DNA from: Verrucomicrobiales bacterium
GTDB taxonomy: Bacteria; Verrucomicrobiota; Verrucomicrobiia; Verrucomicrobiales; SLCJ01
Assembly (NCBI GenBank): GCA_046075565.1
Contig: JBJTQJ010000059.1
Coordinates: 1-41,731, forward strand
Length of the DNA stretch: 41,731 bases
Direction of reading: 5' to 3'
Shown here: piece by piece, positions 1-9,025 of the stretch
Layout: each line of letters begins with the position of its first letter
Numbering within the stretch: position 1 is the stretch's first letter
Made by a program: the position numbers and the translations under genes
Notes under the pieces: generated by a model
Database searches by the model: none
What the model was told of the DNA's origin: nothing
The model's input: only the letters and a program-made list of their open reading frames with translations

Positions 1-60
1 TGGAGGGCATCCGATGTCCCATTGGACGACGACCGCATCCTGGTCCTCGAATACTCCTGA
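1..60 (+). CDS. 3' end of a gene entering the window, possibly a PP2C/SpoIIE-type phosphatase C-terminus
   Basis: Frame 1 reads WRASDVPLDDDRILVLEYS-stop (TGA 58-60). DD followed by a hydrophobic strand resembles the last PP2C/SpoIIE motif. Only 19 residues are visible. Confidence 0.3.
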   Translation, partial: WRASDVPLDDDRILVLEYS

Positions 61-107
61 TTCCTCCCGGCGCGCTCAAAAAAAATCAACCGCTGCCCAA
101 AAAATTC

Positions 108-135
108 TTGGCAAAGCGGTCTGAAAAGCTATGCT
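108..135 (+). promoter_or_regulatory. Putative sigma70 promoter with no obvious gene downstream
   Basis: TTGGCA (108-113), 16-nt spacer, TATGCT (130-135), preceded by A-tracts at 78-85 and 99-104. Confidence 0.35.
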
Positions 136-206
136 CTGACGGTAGGTGAAACGCCATGAAATTCCCCGATTAGGTGGAAATCCGTCATCAGGACGGACCT
201 CCACTA

Positions 207-233
207 TTTCAGTTTTCAGCTTTTCAGTTTTTC
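207..233. repeat. Short degenerate tandem repeat (TTTCAG x3)
   Basis: tttcagttttcagcttttcagtttttc, period 7-8 nt. Confidence 0.55.
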
Positions 234-252
234 CAGAACCCCCTTTCCCCCT

Positions 253-331
253 CAACCCCCTTTTCCCCGACCACCGGTCCGCCCCAAACGCTGTTGCAAT
301 AGCTGCCCGCCAAAAGCAAATTCCTGGCAGC
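253..331 (+). repeat. 79-bp direct repeat, copy 1
   Basis: Aligns without gaps to 9616-9694 with 4 mismatches (270, 288, 301, 326). Confidence 0.95.
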
Positions 332-569
332 CGCATTTATCCATTGCATTGGCAAACGTCGTGTGCAAAATGGGCAATGAACATCTTTGGTGTCACAACC
401 ACAACACCGCCCCAACGACGTATAATCGCTTCACAATTTTACCTCCCGTTGCACATCAACGCCTGAAACCGGCACTAAAATCACTAATCGGTCCGTCACC
501 CTCTTCATTCCTTTCCGCCAGCTTGCTTAGCGCATATTTGAAAACCACCAACACTTCCCCATAACAGCC

Positions 570-1193
570 ATGCAATCATCCCTTGTAAAAGCCACTGCCG
601 CTTCCCTATCCGTTTTGCTATTTTCCGGCTGCGCTGGAACCGCCGATGGTCGTCTGGCCCAAGGTCAAGGAACTGCCATCGGCGCCCTTCTCGGAGCCGG
701 TCTGGGTTATGCCATTGGCGGCGAGGAAGGTGCGGTTTTGGGAGCCGGCCTCGGAGGCGCGGCCGGGTTCGCTTATGGGACCCAAATCGCCCAGAAAAAG
801 GCGAAATACGCCAACACCGAACAATTCATGCAGGCCCAGATTGCCGAGGCCCGCAACCACAACCAAGCCATTGTTTCTTACAACCGCTCGCTCGAGCGAC
901 GCGTCGCCGCGCTGGAAAGCCGGGCCAAAGCCGCCAAAGCGAGCGGCAACAAGGCTGCCATCAGCTCGGTCCGCACCGAAGCCGCCCAACTGCAAAAGGA
1001 AGCCAATGGCAAGCAAAGCTCCTTTGGCAAACAAACCGGATTCTATGAAGCCGTCGCAAGTGACCCTGAAGCCAGCAGAACCAGCCAAGCCCAGTCGCTA
1101 GAGAGTCTGGCAAGCCAGATGCGCTCCAACGAGAAGAACATCGCCACATCGACCCGCCGTCTGGCCCAACTCGACAAACAACTTGCCCTCTGA
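570..1193 (+). CDS. Glycine-zipper lipoprotein with long coiled coil
   Basis: Lipobox LLFSGC, GxxxG repeats (GTAIGALLGAGLG...GAVLGAGLGGAAG), then an Ala/Gln/Lys-rich helical region. Confidence 0.8.
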   Translation: MQSSLVKATAASLSVLLFSGCAGTADGRLAQGQGTAIGALLGAGLGYAIGGEEGAVLGAGLGGAAGFAYGTQIAQKKAKYANTEQFMQAQIAEARNHNQAIVSYNRSLERRVAALESRAKAAKASGNKAAISSVRTEAAQLQKEANGKQSSFGKQTGFYEAVASDPEASRTSQAQSLESLASQMRSNEKNIATSTRRLAQLDKQLAL

Positions 1194-1200
1194 CACCCAC

Positions 1201-1425
1201 ATGAAAACAAGGCGCATCATCCCCGCAATGCTTTGTCTGGCCACCGCCAGCATCAGCCTTACATCCTGCGCCACGAACGGCGATCCCACCACCGGCGGGA
1301 TTTTCTGGAGCGAGTCCGCCAACCAGCAAAGGCTCAATAACATGCAGCAGGAGCTGGATTCCGTGAAGGCCGAAAACGCGCGGCAGATGAAGAAACAACG
1401 GTCTTTGGAAAACCAGCTTCCGTGA
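1201..1425 (+). CDS. Small lipoprotein (74 aa) with short coiled coil
   Basis: ATG at 1201, 7 nt after the upstream stop. Lipobox SLTSC, then GDPTTGGIFWSE and a helical tail. Stop overlaps the next start (GTGA). Confidence 0.75.
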   Translation: MKTRRIIPAMLCLATASISLTSCATNGDPTTGGIFWSESANQQRLNNMQQELDSVKAENARQMKKQRSLENQLP

Positions 1426-2750
1426 TGACCGGATGGCGTGAGCCCATGATCTACCCGCTTGAACAAAGCGGGTTCTCTCGCGTCAGGCGAAGCCTCCCAG
1501 GCCGGAGGAGCTTCCTCCGTATGGGAGCTGCCTATCTTGGGGCCGTGGGTTCCGCTTGGTTGGGTTCCGCCAGCTTCGGCACGGCACAGGATGCATCCCC
1601 TCCCGCGCCGGCCGACGATTGGAAACCGCTTCTCCAGCAAAGCTTCACCCTGCTGGAGGAGCACTGCCTTTACGAGATTCAGGCCGCCACCGTCCTGCGG
1701 AAAATGCTCGCTCTCATGCGGGCCAAGTTACCGCCCGACGATGCCAAGGCCTTGGCCGAGGCGGAGCGCAACACCATCGAGGAAGGTCTGTTGGGCATTT
1801 TTGATCAGACCATCAAACTGGCCGCGACCAAGGCGCCCCGGGGCCCCGTCACATCCCTCGTCATCATGCAGTCGGTCCTCCAGCAGTATGCCCGCTCACT
1901 GGATCGTTACAGTGACTACACACCGCCTGAAGACTTCGCAATGCTGCAATCCCTCGAAGCCGAACGCTATCTCGGTCTGGGATTCAACCTGGTGGAAGGC
2001 GAAGATGGTTTGTTCCGGTGTTTCCCATTCCCCGCCGAAGCCGCCGAGTTGGCCGGCCTGCTTCCCGGAGACCAACTTCTTGCCATTGATGGCAAAGCCA
2101 CCACCGGGATGTCCCGCTACCGTATCGCCGCCGCCGCCCGTGGCCAGGAAGGCACCATTGCCCGACTCGAAGTGCTGCGCGCGAACCAACGCCCCCGCGT
2201 GGTGGAGATCAAACGCACCGTGATTTCCACTTCGCCCATCCAGACAAGCGAAGGCGACGGGGGCATGACCATCCGCATCATCCGCTTCAACGAACAGACG
2301 ACCCGCGACCTCGGGGCCATCTTGCTCCAGTTGCCTGCCGGCAGCAATCTGGTCATCGATATGCAAGCTTGCCCGGGTGGCGAGTTGGAAGCCACCATCG
2401 CCTGCGCCTCCATGTTTGTGAGCCAGGGAGAAGAAGTCTGCCGCACCGTGACCCGGCTGAAAGAAGAGGTCCACCTTTCCAAAAACCCGTCCCCCTTCCG
2501 GGCGGGCAGCCTGGTGATCAAGCAAAACGAGGGCACGGCCAGCGCGGGCGAAATGTTCATCGCCGCCCTGACCGCCGATGCCGCCACCCGGGCGGTTTCC
2601 CGCGGACCCGTCACCTACGGCAAAGGGATGACCCAAACCGAATTCGGACTCAAGGCCGGAGGTGCCCTGAAGATCACCGACTCCCGTTTGTTAGGTCCCG
2701 GAGGCCGCTCCTGGGAACGCGAGGGACTCCAACCCACCGAACCCACCTGA
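1422..2750 (+). CDS. S41 family (CtpA/Prc-like) tail-specific protease with PDZ domain, Tat-exported
   Basis: Tat motif GRRSFLR; LDRYSDY; GLGF; PDZ-like AELAGLLPGDQLLAIDG; IDMQACPGG; catalytic GTASAGE and TYGKG. Exact start uncertain. Confidence 0.85.
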   Translation: MMTGWREPMIYPLEQSGFSRVRRSLPGRRSFLRMGAAYLGAVGSAWLGSASFGTAQDASPPAPADDWKPLLQQSFTLLEEHCLYEIQAATVLRKMLALMRAKLPPDDAKALAEAERNTIEEGLLGIFDQTIKLAATKAPRGPVTSLVIMQSVLQQYARSLDRYSDYTPPEDFAMLQSLEAERYLGLGFNLVEGEDGLFRCFPFPAEAAELAGLLPGDQLLAIDGKATTGMSRYRIAAAARGQEGTIARLEVLRANQRPRVVEIKRTVISTSPIQTSEGDGGMTIRIIRFNEQTTRDLGAILLQLPAGSNLVIDMQACPGGELEATIACASMFVSQGEEVCRTVTRLKEEVHLSKNPSPFRAGSLVIKQNEGTASAGEMFIAALTADAATRAVSRGPVTYGKGMTQTEFGLKAGGALKITDSRLLGPGGRSWEREGLQPTEPT

Positions 2751-2756
2751 ACGGCC

Positions 2757-5081
2757 TTGGATCCCGCCCCCCTCACCTACGGAGAATACGAAGTTTGCCA
2801 ACGTCTGGACGGCACTCCCATGGTGCTTGGCCAGGGCTCGTCCAGCATCACTTACAAGGCGGTTCCGCGTGGAACGGGTTTTGGAAGCAGCGCGGAAGGA
2901 CCCTCCGCCGTCAAGGTTTTCAAACCCGGGCGCGTTGCATCCGAGAGCAAGAGAAGCCAGTTCTTCCGGGAGGTGAGCGTGCTCGGTAGAATCCAGCACC
3001 CGAACGTGGTGGCCTATCTGAAACAGGGCGAGGAGAAGGGTGAAATCTATTATGTGATAGAATTCTGTGGTGGCGGCTCCCTCGAGGACTTCTGCCTGAA
3101 GACCGGCGGCCTCACGCCCGCTCAACTGTCCAGAGTGGCCACCCAGACACTCGATGCTCTGGCCGCCGTTCATGCCTCCGGCCATGTCCACGGCGAAATC
3201 ACTCCGTCAAAGCTCCTCCTCCACCAGGATTCCGGTGGCACCGATCTCACGGTCAAGCTTGCCGGCTTCGGTTCGGTCCGGCAAATCGACGGCACCCCGG
3301 ATGCCGGAGCCCCCCACACGGAAGGATCCTTGAAGGGCGAGTCATTCCTGGGAAGCCCGCTTTTTGCCAGTCCCGAGCAATTCATGGGACACCGGCTCGG
3401 CCACGGCAGCGACCTCTACTCCCTGGGCATCACCCTCTGGTTTCTGGCCCTCGGTTACAGTCCCTTCCAGGGTGTGGTTGGCGCGGTCAAATCGTGGCAC
3501 CTTTCCGCGTCTCCCCACGTCATCGCTCTGCCGGACAGTTTCCCCGCCGGATTCAGCGACATCTTGGCCTGGATGGTGGCCAAGAACCCGGCCGATCGTC
3601 CACCGGATCTGATGACGGTGAAGAATAATTTCACCGCCCTCCTGAACGAATCGCCCGCCAGTCGACCAGTGGCCGCATCCGAAGCTTCTCCCCCATCCGC
3701 CAATTTCTCGACCGCGAAAATCGAGAAAATAGCGAGAACATCTACCAGTTTTACCGGATTGCCACCCCCGCCGCAGTCGCGCACCCATGCTTCAATCACT
3801 TCTGAGCCTGCCCACAGCAGCCAAGCCACCGAAACGCGTCGGACAGCGGCCGCATCGGCACCCTCCGCCACATCCGCCAATTTACCGACCCAGAACGTCG
3901 AAAAAATCACTGGAACCGCCACTGGTGTCGCAAGGTTGTCGCCCTCGTCCCCGCCGTCGCGCACTACTGTTGGCCGCGATATCACGACCGGCGTGGTGGC
4001 CAGGGGCAAACCCCGGCTCGCGATCGCCATCGGTATCGTGCTGGTCACCGCCTTGGGCGGAGGAGCTTATCTGGCCTGGCAAAAATGGGGAAAAGCCAAG
4101 CCCCCCCAACAGCTCGCCAAAGGCAAAACGAACCCGCCGCAACAGTCTTCGGCCTCCGCAGCACGGACGAACACTTCAACCACACCAACCACCACCGCCG
4201 CGACCAATGCCGCGACGACTGGCACAACGCCACCTGCACCGCCGCCCACCATTCCGGTGCCGGCATCCTACGAACTACCGGAAGGCACTTCCCCGAAACA
4301 GCCGACCATCAAGGTCAATGGCAGAATCACCCGCACTTCCCCGTTCGGCAAGGGTTTCTCCATCGCCCTCGACGGGGCCACGGGATTCCCGGTCGAAATC
4401 GAGTTCTCCGCGCCCGGCCATGAGTCCCGCACTATCACCCTCAATGGCGGCGACAAACCGGCCTTCAACGAAATGGTCAAACTCAAGCGCACCGAAGGCA
4501 AAGTCATCCTTTCCTCACCACCCGAAGGCACCGACTTCACCATTGCCAATTTCAAATTTCTCCGGCCCCTCGAATCCGAACGGGATCATGTCCCGATTAT
4601 ATCCATCAGCCTGGATAAAGCCTTGGCGACCGGCTCGAATCAATCCCAATTCGTCATTCCCACCGGAGTCTATAAAGTTGTCTTGCGCAGCGATCACCCC
4701 GAACGCATCACGCCGAGGACATTCAACGAGTCGATTGAAGTCACCGCGAACAGCGAGACCCGTGCGATTTTCCCGCCCTCGGTCAGTGGAAAGTGGATCT
4801 TGAGGTCCTCGGAGGGAGCCTCACTGGAAATCAGGATCGACAAAGGACTCGGCGGAGGCAGCTTGGACACCCCCGAGGGAAGATCCGTGGCCACCATTTC
4901 CGCCATCCGCGTGCCGAATGACGAGTCGGTTGTTATCTCCCTCGATGCCCCCGATGGTGAGCGCGAACTCAGCCTCAAACTCCCCGGCGGGAAATTCACC
5001 GGTGCCACTTATACCATGAATCCTGCTCTCGCCCCTCTCCCGGCCGAAGGCGAAGCGATGAAACCCTGGTTCAAACCTTAA
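2757..5081 (+). CDS. Membrane-anchored Hanks-type Ser/Thr kinase-like protein, predicted pseudokinase
   Basis: AVK, HPNVV, YYVIEFC, GSPLFASPEQ and SDLYSLG are present, but HRD reads HGE and DFG reads GFG. Followed by a Ser/Thr/Pro linker, a TM helix (LAIAIGIVLVTALGGGAYLAW) and a beta-rich extracytoplasmic region. TTG start. Confidence 0.85.
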   Translation: MDPAPLTYGEYEVCQRLDGTPMVLGQGSSSITYKAVPRGTGFGSSAEGPSAVKVFKPGRVASESKRSQFFREVSVLGRIQHPNVVAYLKQGEEKGEIYYVIEFCGGGSLEDFCLKTGGLTPAQLSRVATQTLDALAAVHASGHVHGEITPSKLLLHQDSGGTDLTVKLAGFGSVRQIDGTPDAGAPHTEGSLKGESFLGSPLFASPEQFMGHRLGHGSDLYSLGITLWFLALGYSPFQGVVGAVKSWHLSASPHVIALPDSFPAGFSDILAWMVAKNPADRPPDLMTVKNNFTALLNESPASRPVAASEASPPSANFSTAKIEKIARTSTSFTGLPPPPQSRTHASITSEPAHSSQATETRRTAAASAPSATSANLPTQNVEKITGTATGVARLSPSSPPSRTTVGRDITTGVVARGKPRLAIAIGIVLVTALGGGAYLAWQKWGKAKPPQQLAKGKTNPPQQSSASAARTNTSTTPTTTAATNAATTGTTPPAPPPTIPVPASYELPEGTSPKQPTIKVNGRITRTSPFGKGFSIALDGATGFPVEIEFSAPGHESRTITLNGGDKPAFNEMVKLKRTEGKVILSSPPEGTDFTIANFKFLRPLESERDHVPIISISLDKALATGSNQSQFVIPTGVYKVVLRSDHPERITPRTFNESIEVTANSETRAIFPPSVSGKWILRSSEGASLEIRIDKGLGGGSLDTPEGRSVATISAIRVPNDESVVISLDAPDGERELSLKLPGGKFTGATYTMNPALAPLPAEGEAMKPWFKP

Positions 5082-5187
5082 AGTGCCAGAAGCGCAAGGT
5101 TTTCCCGGATAAAGCTGATCTGCTCCCGCTGAGTTTCGGATACCACATGAAACAACCACTCCGAAAATATCCAATCCATAGCTGTCT

Positions 5188-5772
5188 CTAGTCGCTGTCA
5201 TTGTGGGATGCTTGCGCCAAAAGACGCACAAGCTCGCATATATATCTGGCCTGCTCTTCATCTACAGCGATACCTTCGATTAATGATGGCTTAAATTTGA
5301 ATTCTGTGGGCTCACCACCGTCGTCGCATATCCTAATCGAAAGAGAGCGATTAAAATAATAGTAGACAGTGGCTAGACCAAAAAAGCCTAAAAGAATACT
5401 GACTTCAGGCACACCAAAGTCCAACTCCCCGCGAATCTTAAACGAAGCAAACAAAGTAAATATATACGCATTCAATAAACCGATTGCAGCGGGCAACAAA
5501 GGCTTGTAGTAGGCACAAGTGATGGATGAAACTTTGGCAAGGGGTACGAATTTTGAAATTCTTCCGGAAAGAGATGCAAAGTTTACCTCAATTCTATCTG
5601 CAGAAACTAGAAATGAACAGGTCGGATCAATTTTCAAGAAGTTCATGAGCCAGTCAATCGCACCTGCCTCACGTGCACGTATCACCACCAAGTTTCCGTC
5701 AGAATCCACGGGGCGGTTATTTGCCTTCCACTCTTTAACGACCAGACGTTTTGTTCGGTTTGCAAGTGCCAT
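5188..5772 (-). CDS. Hypothetical membrane protein (two TM helices)
   Basis: 194-aa ATG ORF in a lower-GC block; two hydrophobic segments flanked by beta-rich regions. Confidence 0.7.
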   Translation of the reverse strand: MALANRTKRLVVKEWKANNRPVDSDGNLVVIRAREAGAIDWLMNFLKIDPTCSFLVSADRIEVNFASLSGRISKFVPLAKVSSITCAYYKPLLPAAIGLLNAYIFTLFASFKIRGELDFGVPEVSILLGFFGLATVYYYFNRSLSIRICDDGGEPTEFKFKPSLIEGIAVDEEQARYICELVRLLAQASHNDSD

Positions 5773-5860
5773 AGAATTGTGATTTTAGAATTTTGTGGCA
5801 GTCTCAAGAAGAAATCTTCGGATCCCCCTATCTATCCAAAGCATCAAAACCTTAGGAAAT

Positions 5861-6247
5861 CTAGCCGGGCGGCCCCACATTTCCAGACATTTCTTTCGCT
5901 TTTTCTAACGCATTCTGCTTCTCAAATTTGATCGCCTCCCTGGCTTTTTTTGAGAACTTTGATGCGACCATTACTGCGACCGTTGCAGTGATAAAAAGTA
6001 GAGTCCCAATCAAAATGAGCACCCATTTGGTTATCGCTACAACGGTTTTGCTGGGCCCCTCTCCCATAGCTTCACCGCCAGGAGGTGGAGGCAGTCCGTT
6101 CGGGATGAGGTTCGAAACATTTTTGGGCAATCGATCCCGGAATTTCTCAGCTACAATTACTCCGCTTTTGCGACTGGAATCTACAAGAGTTGCGGGCAAT
6201 TTAGAAGTATCCGCATTGCCGGAGGATGACTGATCGTTATGGTGCAC
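5861..6247 (-). CDS. Hypothetical single-TM protein
   Basis: 128-aa ORF with GTG start 2 nt after the Sel1 gene stop; Pro-rich linker, one TM, basic tail. Confidence 0.55.
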   Translation of the reverse strand: MHHNDQSSSGNADTSKLPATLVDSSRKSGVIVAEKFRDRLPKNVSNLIPNGLPPPPGGEAMGEGPSKTVVAITKWVLILIGTLLFITATVAVMVASKFSKKAREAIKFEKQNALEKAKEMSGNVGPPG

Positions 6248-6249
6248 GG

Positions 6250-8682
6250 TTAATCAAATTTTGATTTTCTCGCGTCGGCGTTTGGTATGGCTTTTATCAC
6301 CATGTGATCAGCGGGCACAATCTTGCAGAATGCAGCACCCTCCTCATCTGTTAAGATAGGATCGGTGTAATATGTCAACTCATATCCCAATGGGCTCCTA
6401 TGCTGGAACACCTGTTGAGCGCCAATGTCACAAACATTCCCAAACAGACTGGCTTTAAGGCTCAGAACCTGAACGTTCAGCCCCGGGATGTCATATGCTT
6501 TTACAAAAGTTTGAAGGAATTCTTCCCTCGGTGAATCTTTCGTGCCAAAAAGTTTATCCCGAACAGGCAGGGATATCTCAAACGCGTAAACTTTACCGCT
6601 TGCATCAATGAGTGCGAATGGCGTGTCTCCCGCCGTGCGTTGTATGGTGTATTCGTTGCCATTGTTGAAAGTGTAGAATGGTCCTTGGGGTTCTACATTT
6701 GGATTAATCCCTACCATAGCCAGAGCAAAAGCTGCCGCCTGATCCTTGTTTGATGGTGCTGGCAAATCACGTGGAGTGGTAGAAACTTGTTGAAGTCCCA
6801 TGTAATGATTCAGAAGCCCTTGAGCATCCGATGCGGGCATGCCAAGGTAAAAGCCCTTAAAAACAAGGGTTTTCTCCTTGAAAGCATCTCCTTTAGTTTT
6901 TATTACGTTCACGTCGAAAGCCAACATACTCCCTGCTACGACGTCACCAGCGGATTTGCTCGACCGATTCACAGTGTCGGCATCGTCCCTTGGTGCCCCG
7001 CTTCCGTTCCCGTGCATAGTGCCCAAATAAGCCAGAGCATCTGCATCGCCTTGGTCGGCGGCTTTTCGAACCAATTTCACAGCCTCGGCATCATCTTTTG
7101 CCACACCTCTCCCGGTCGCGTACATTAGGCCCAAATTGAGCTGAGCAACAGCATTACCTTGGTCGGCGGCTTTCCGAAACCACTTCACTGCTTCGCCATC
7201 ATCTTTTTGAACCCCGCTGCCATTCGCGTACATAACGCCCAAATCTGATTGAGCGAAAGCATTACCTTGGTCGGCGGCTTTTCGAAACCACTTCACGGCC
7301 TCCGCATCGTCCTTTGGAACCCCGCTGCCAGTCGCGTACATTTGGCCCAAATTGACCTGAGCCTCGCTATCGCCTTGGTCGGCGGCTTTTCGAAACCACT
7401 TCACGGCCTCCGCATCGTCCTTTGGAACTCCACTGCCAGTCGCGTACATTTTGCCCAGACATGCCTGAGCTGCCGCGTTACCCTGGTCTGCAGCTTTCCG
7501 ATACCACTTAGATGCCTCGGCATCGTCTTTTGGGATCCCTATACCTTCCTCGTTCATGAGCCCCAAACCCAACTGAGCGGCAATATTTCCCTGGTCGGCT
7601 GCTTTCCGAAACCATTTAAAGGCCTCGGCCGGATCTTTTTGGACCCCTCTGCCAGTTTGGTAATGAAAGCCCAAATTCGACTGCGCCGCAGCAACACCCT
7701 GATCCGCGGCTTTCTGATACCACTTTACAGCTTCGGCATCGTCTTTTGGGACCCCTCTTCCAGTCGCGTAAGAAATGCCTAAGTTGACCTGAGCCTCGGC
7801 ATTACCTTGGTCGGCGGCTTTCTGAAACCACCTCACCGCTTCGGCATCGTCTTTTGCTACCCCTCTCCCTGTCGCGTAAGAAACCCCCAAATTTACCTGA
7901 GCCTTGGCGTAACCTTGGTCGGCGGCGTTCAGATTCCACTTAAAGGCCTCGGCATCGTCTTTCGGAACCCAGCTTCCGTTCCCGTGCATAGTGCCCAAAT
8001 ATGCCTGAGCATCCGCATCGCCTTTTTCAGCGGCTTTCCGATACCACTTCACTGCCTCGGCATCGTCTTTTGCGACCCCTCTGCCAGTCGCGTGCATTAG
8101 GCCAAGATTCACCTGAGCAACAGCAAGACCTTGGTCGGCGGCTTTCAGATACCACTTCACCGCCTCGGTGTCGTCTTTTGCCACCCCTATGCCATTCGCG
8201 TACATGAATCCCAACTTCGACTGCGCAACTGGCTCACCTTGGTCGGCGGCTTTCCGATACCATTTCACCGCCTCGGCATCGTCTTTTGCAACCCCTCTGC
8301 CTACCTCGTACATTTGGCCCAAATTTCCCTGAGCAACAGCAAGACCTTTCTCCGCCGCTTTCCGATACCACTTCACTGCCTCGGCATCGTCTTTTCCAAC
8401 CCCTCTGCCGTTTGCGTACATGAGGCCCAAATTCGATTGGGCTTTTGAATTACCCTTGTCGGCGGCTTTTTGTAGCCATTTCACCGCCTCGGCATCATCC
8501 ACCGGCACGCCACTACCAGTCAAGTAGATTTTGCCCAGATTAGCCTGAGCGTCGGCATCACCTTGGATAGCGGCAGCTTTTATATCATTAAGATTTGCCT
8601 GCTGGGCAAACGTGACCTGGAAACAGCAGATTCCAGCCATTGAGACTGCAATCGCTTTTCGGAATTTAGGGGAAGCATTCAT
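6250..8682 (-). CDS. Secreted Sel1-repeat protein with a non-repeat C-terminal domain
   Basis: Signal peptide; 14 full plus 1 degenerate 36-aa repeats (AQxxLGxxYxxGxGVxKDDAEAVKWxxKAADQG); ~230-aa unique C-terminus. Confidence 0.93.
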   Translation of the reverse strand: MNASPKFRKAIAVSMAGICCFQVTFAQQANLNDIKAAAIQGDADAQANLGKIYLTGSGVPVDDAEAVKWLQKAADKGNSKAQSNLGLMYANGRGVGKDDAEAVKWYRKAAEKGLAVAQGNLGQMYEVGRGVAKDDAEAVKWYRKAADQGEPVAQSKLGFMYANGIGVAKDDTEAVKWYLKAADQGLAVAQVNLGLMHATGRGVAKDDAEAVKWYRKAAEKGDADAQAYLGTMHGNGSWVPKDDAEAFKWNLNAADQGYAKAQVNLGVSYATGRGVAKDDAEAVRWFQKAADQGNAEAQVNLGISYATGRGVPKDDAEAVKWYQKAADQGVAAAQSNLGFHYQTGRGVQKDPAEAFKWFRKAADQGNIAAQLGLGLMNEEGIGIPKDDAEASKWYRKAADQGNAAAQACLGKMYATGSGVPKDDAEAVKWFRKAADQGDSEAQVNLGQMYATGSGVPKDDAEAVKWFRKAADQGNAFAQSDLGVMYANGSGVQKDDGEAVKWFRKAADQGNAVAQLNLGLMYATGRGVAKDDAEAVKLVRKAADQGDADALAYLGTMHGNGSGAPRDDADTVNRSSKSAGDVVAGSMLAFDVNVIKTKGDAFKEKTLVFKGFYLGMPASDAQGLLNHYMGLQQVSTTPRDLPAPSNKDQAAAFALAMVGINPNVEPQGPFYTFNNGNEYTIQRTAGDTPFALIDASGKVYAFEISLPVRDKLFGTKDSPREEFLQTFVKAYDIPGLNVQVLSLKASLFGNVCDIGAQQVFQHRSPLGYELTYYTDPILTDEEGAAFCKIVPADHMVIKAIPNADARKSKFD
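6940..8559 (-). repeat. Intragenic 108-bp tandem repeat array (15 Sel1 units)
   Basis: Motifs such as ccttggtcggcggcttt and ggcatcgtcttt recur every 108 nt, in frame. Confidence 0.92.
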
Positions 8683-9025
8683 GGAACATTGCTTTGTTTG
8701 AAATGCTCACAGGTGGACACTTCCCTGTCAATGGGAGATTTGTAGAAAGCTCTTGATAAAAAGATCCGCCTAAAGACATCTACTGATATTGACTGCTATC
8801 GGAACGAACATTGCCACATTTACGCGACCAAGGCTCAAGATACGCTCTCTGAATCTGTGGCTTATAAAAGCGACCAATTTCATAGGCTTCGGCTTTCATG
8901 TGCGGTATGGCGACACGTAAATCTGCTACTTGAAGCCATGGGGTCGTCGCACCCCCAATTCTCGCGCTTTTCCGACCCCGCCCATCCGCTGCTTCAGGAA
9001 CCTCCCTCCAGGCTCCAATTACCCC

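Noticed and set aside
253-331. 79-bp repeat as the tRNA-derived att core or a DGR template/variable repeat pair
   Set aside because: No similarity to the tRNA-Ser 3' end. All four mismatches involve an A, but they are not all in one copy (three in copy 1, one in copy 2), neither copy lies in a target gene 3' end, and no reverse transcriptase is in the window.
76-564. Several short ORFs, some sharing peptide with ORFs near 9361-9844
   Set aside because: The shared peptide comes only from the 79-bp DNA repeat; there is no coding signal otherwise.
6940-8559. Regularly spaced repeats resembling a CRISPR array
   Set aside because: The 108-nt period is in frame within an ORF, the 'spacers' are homologous Sel1 codons, and there are no cas genes.
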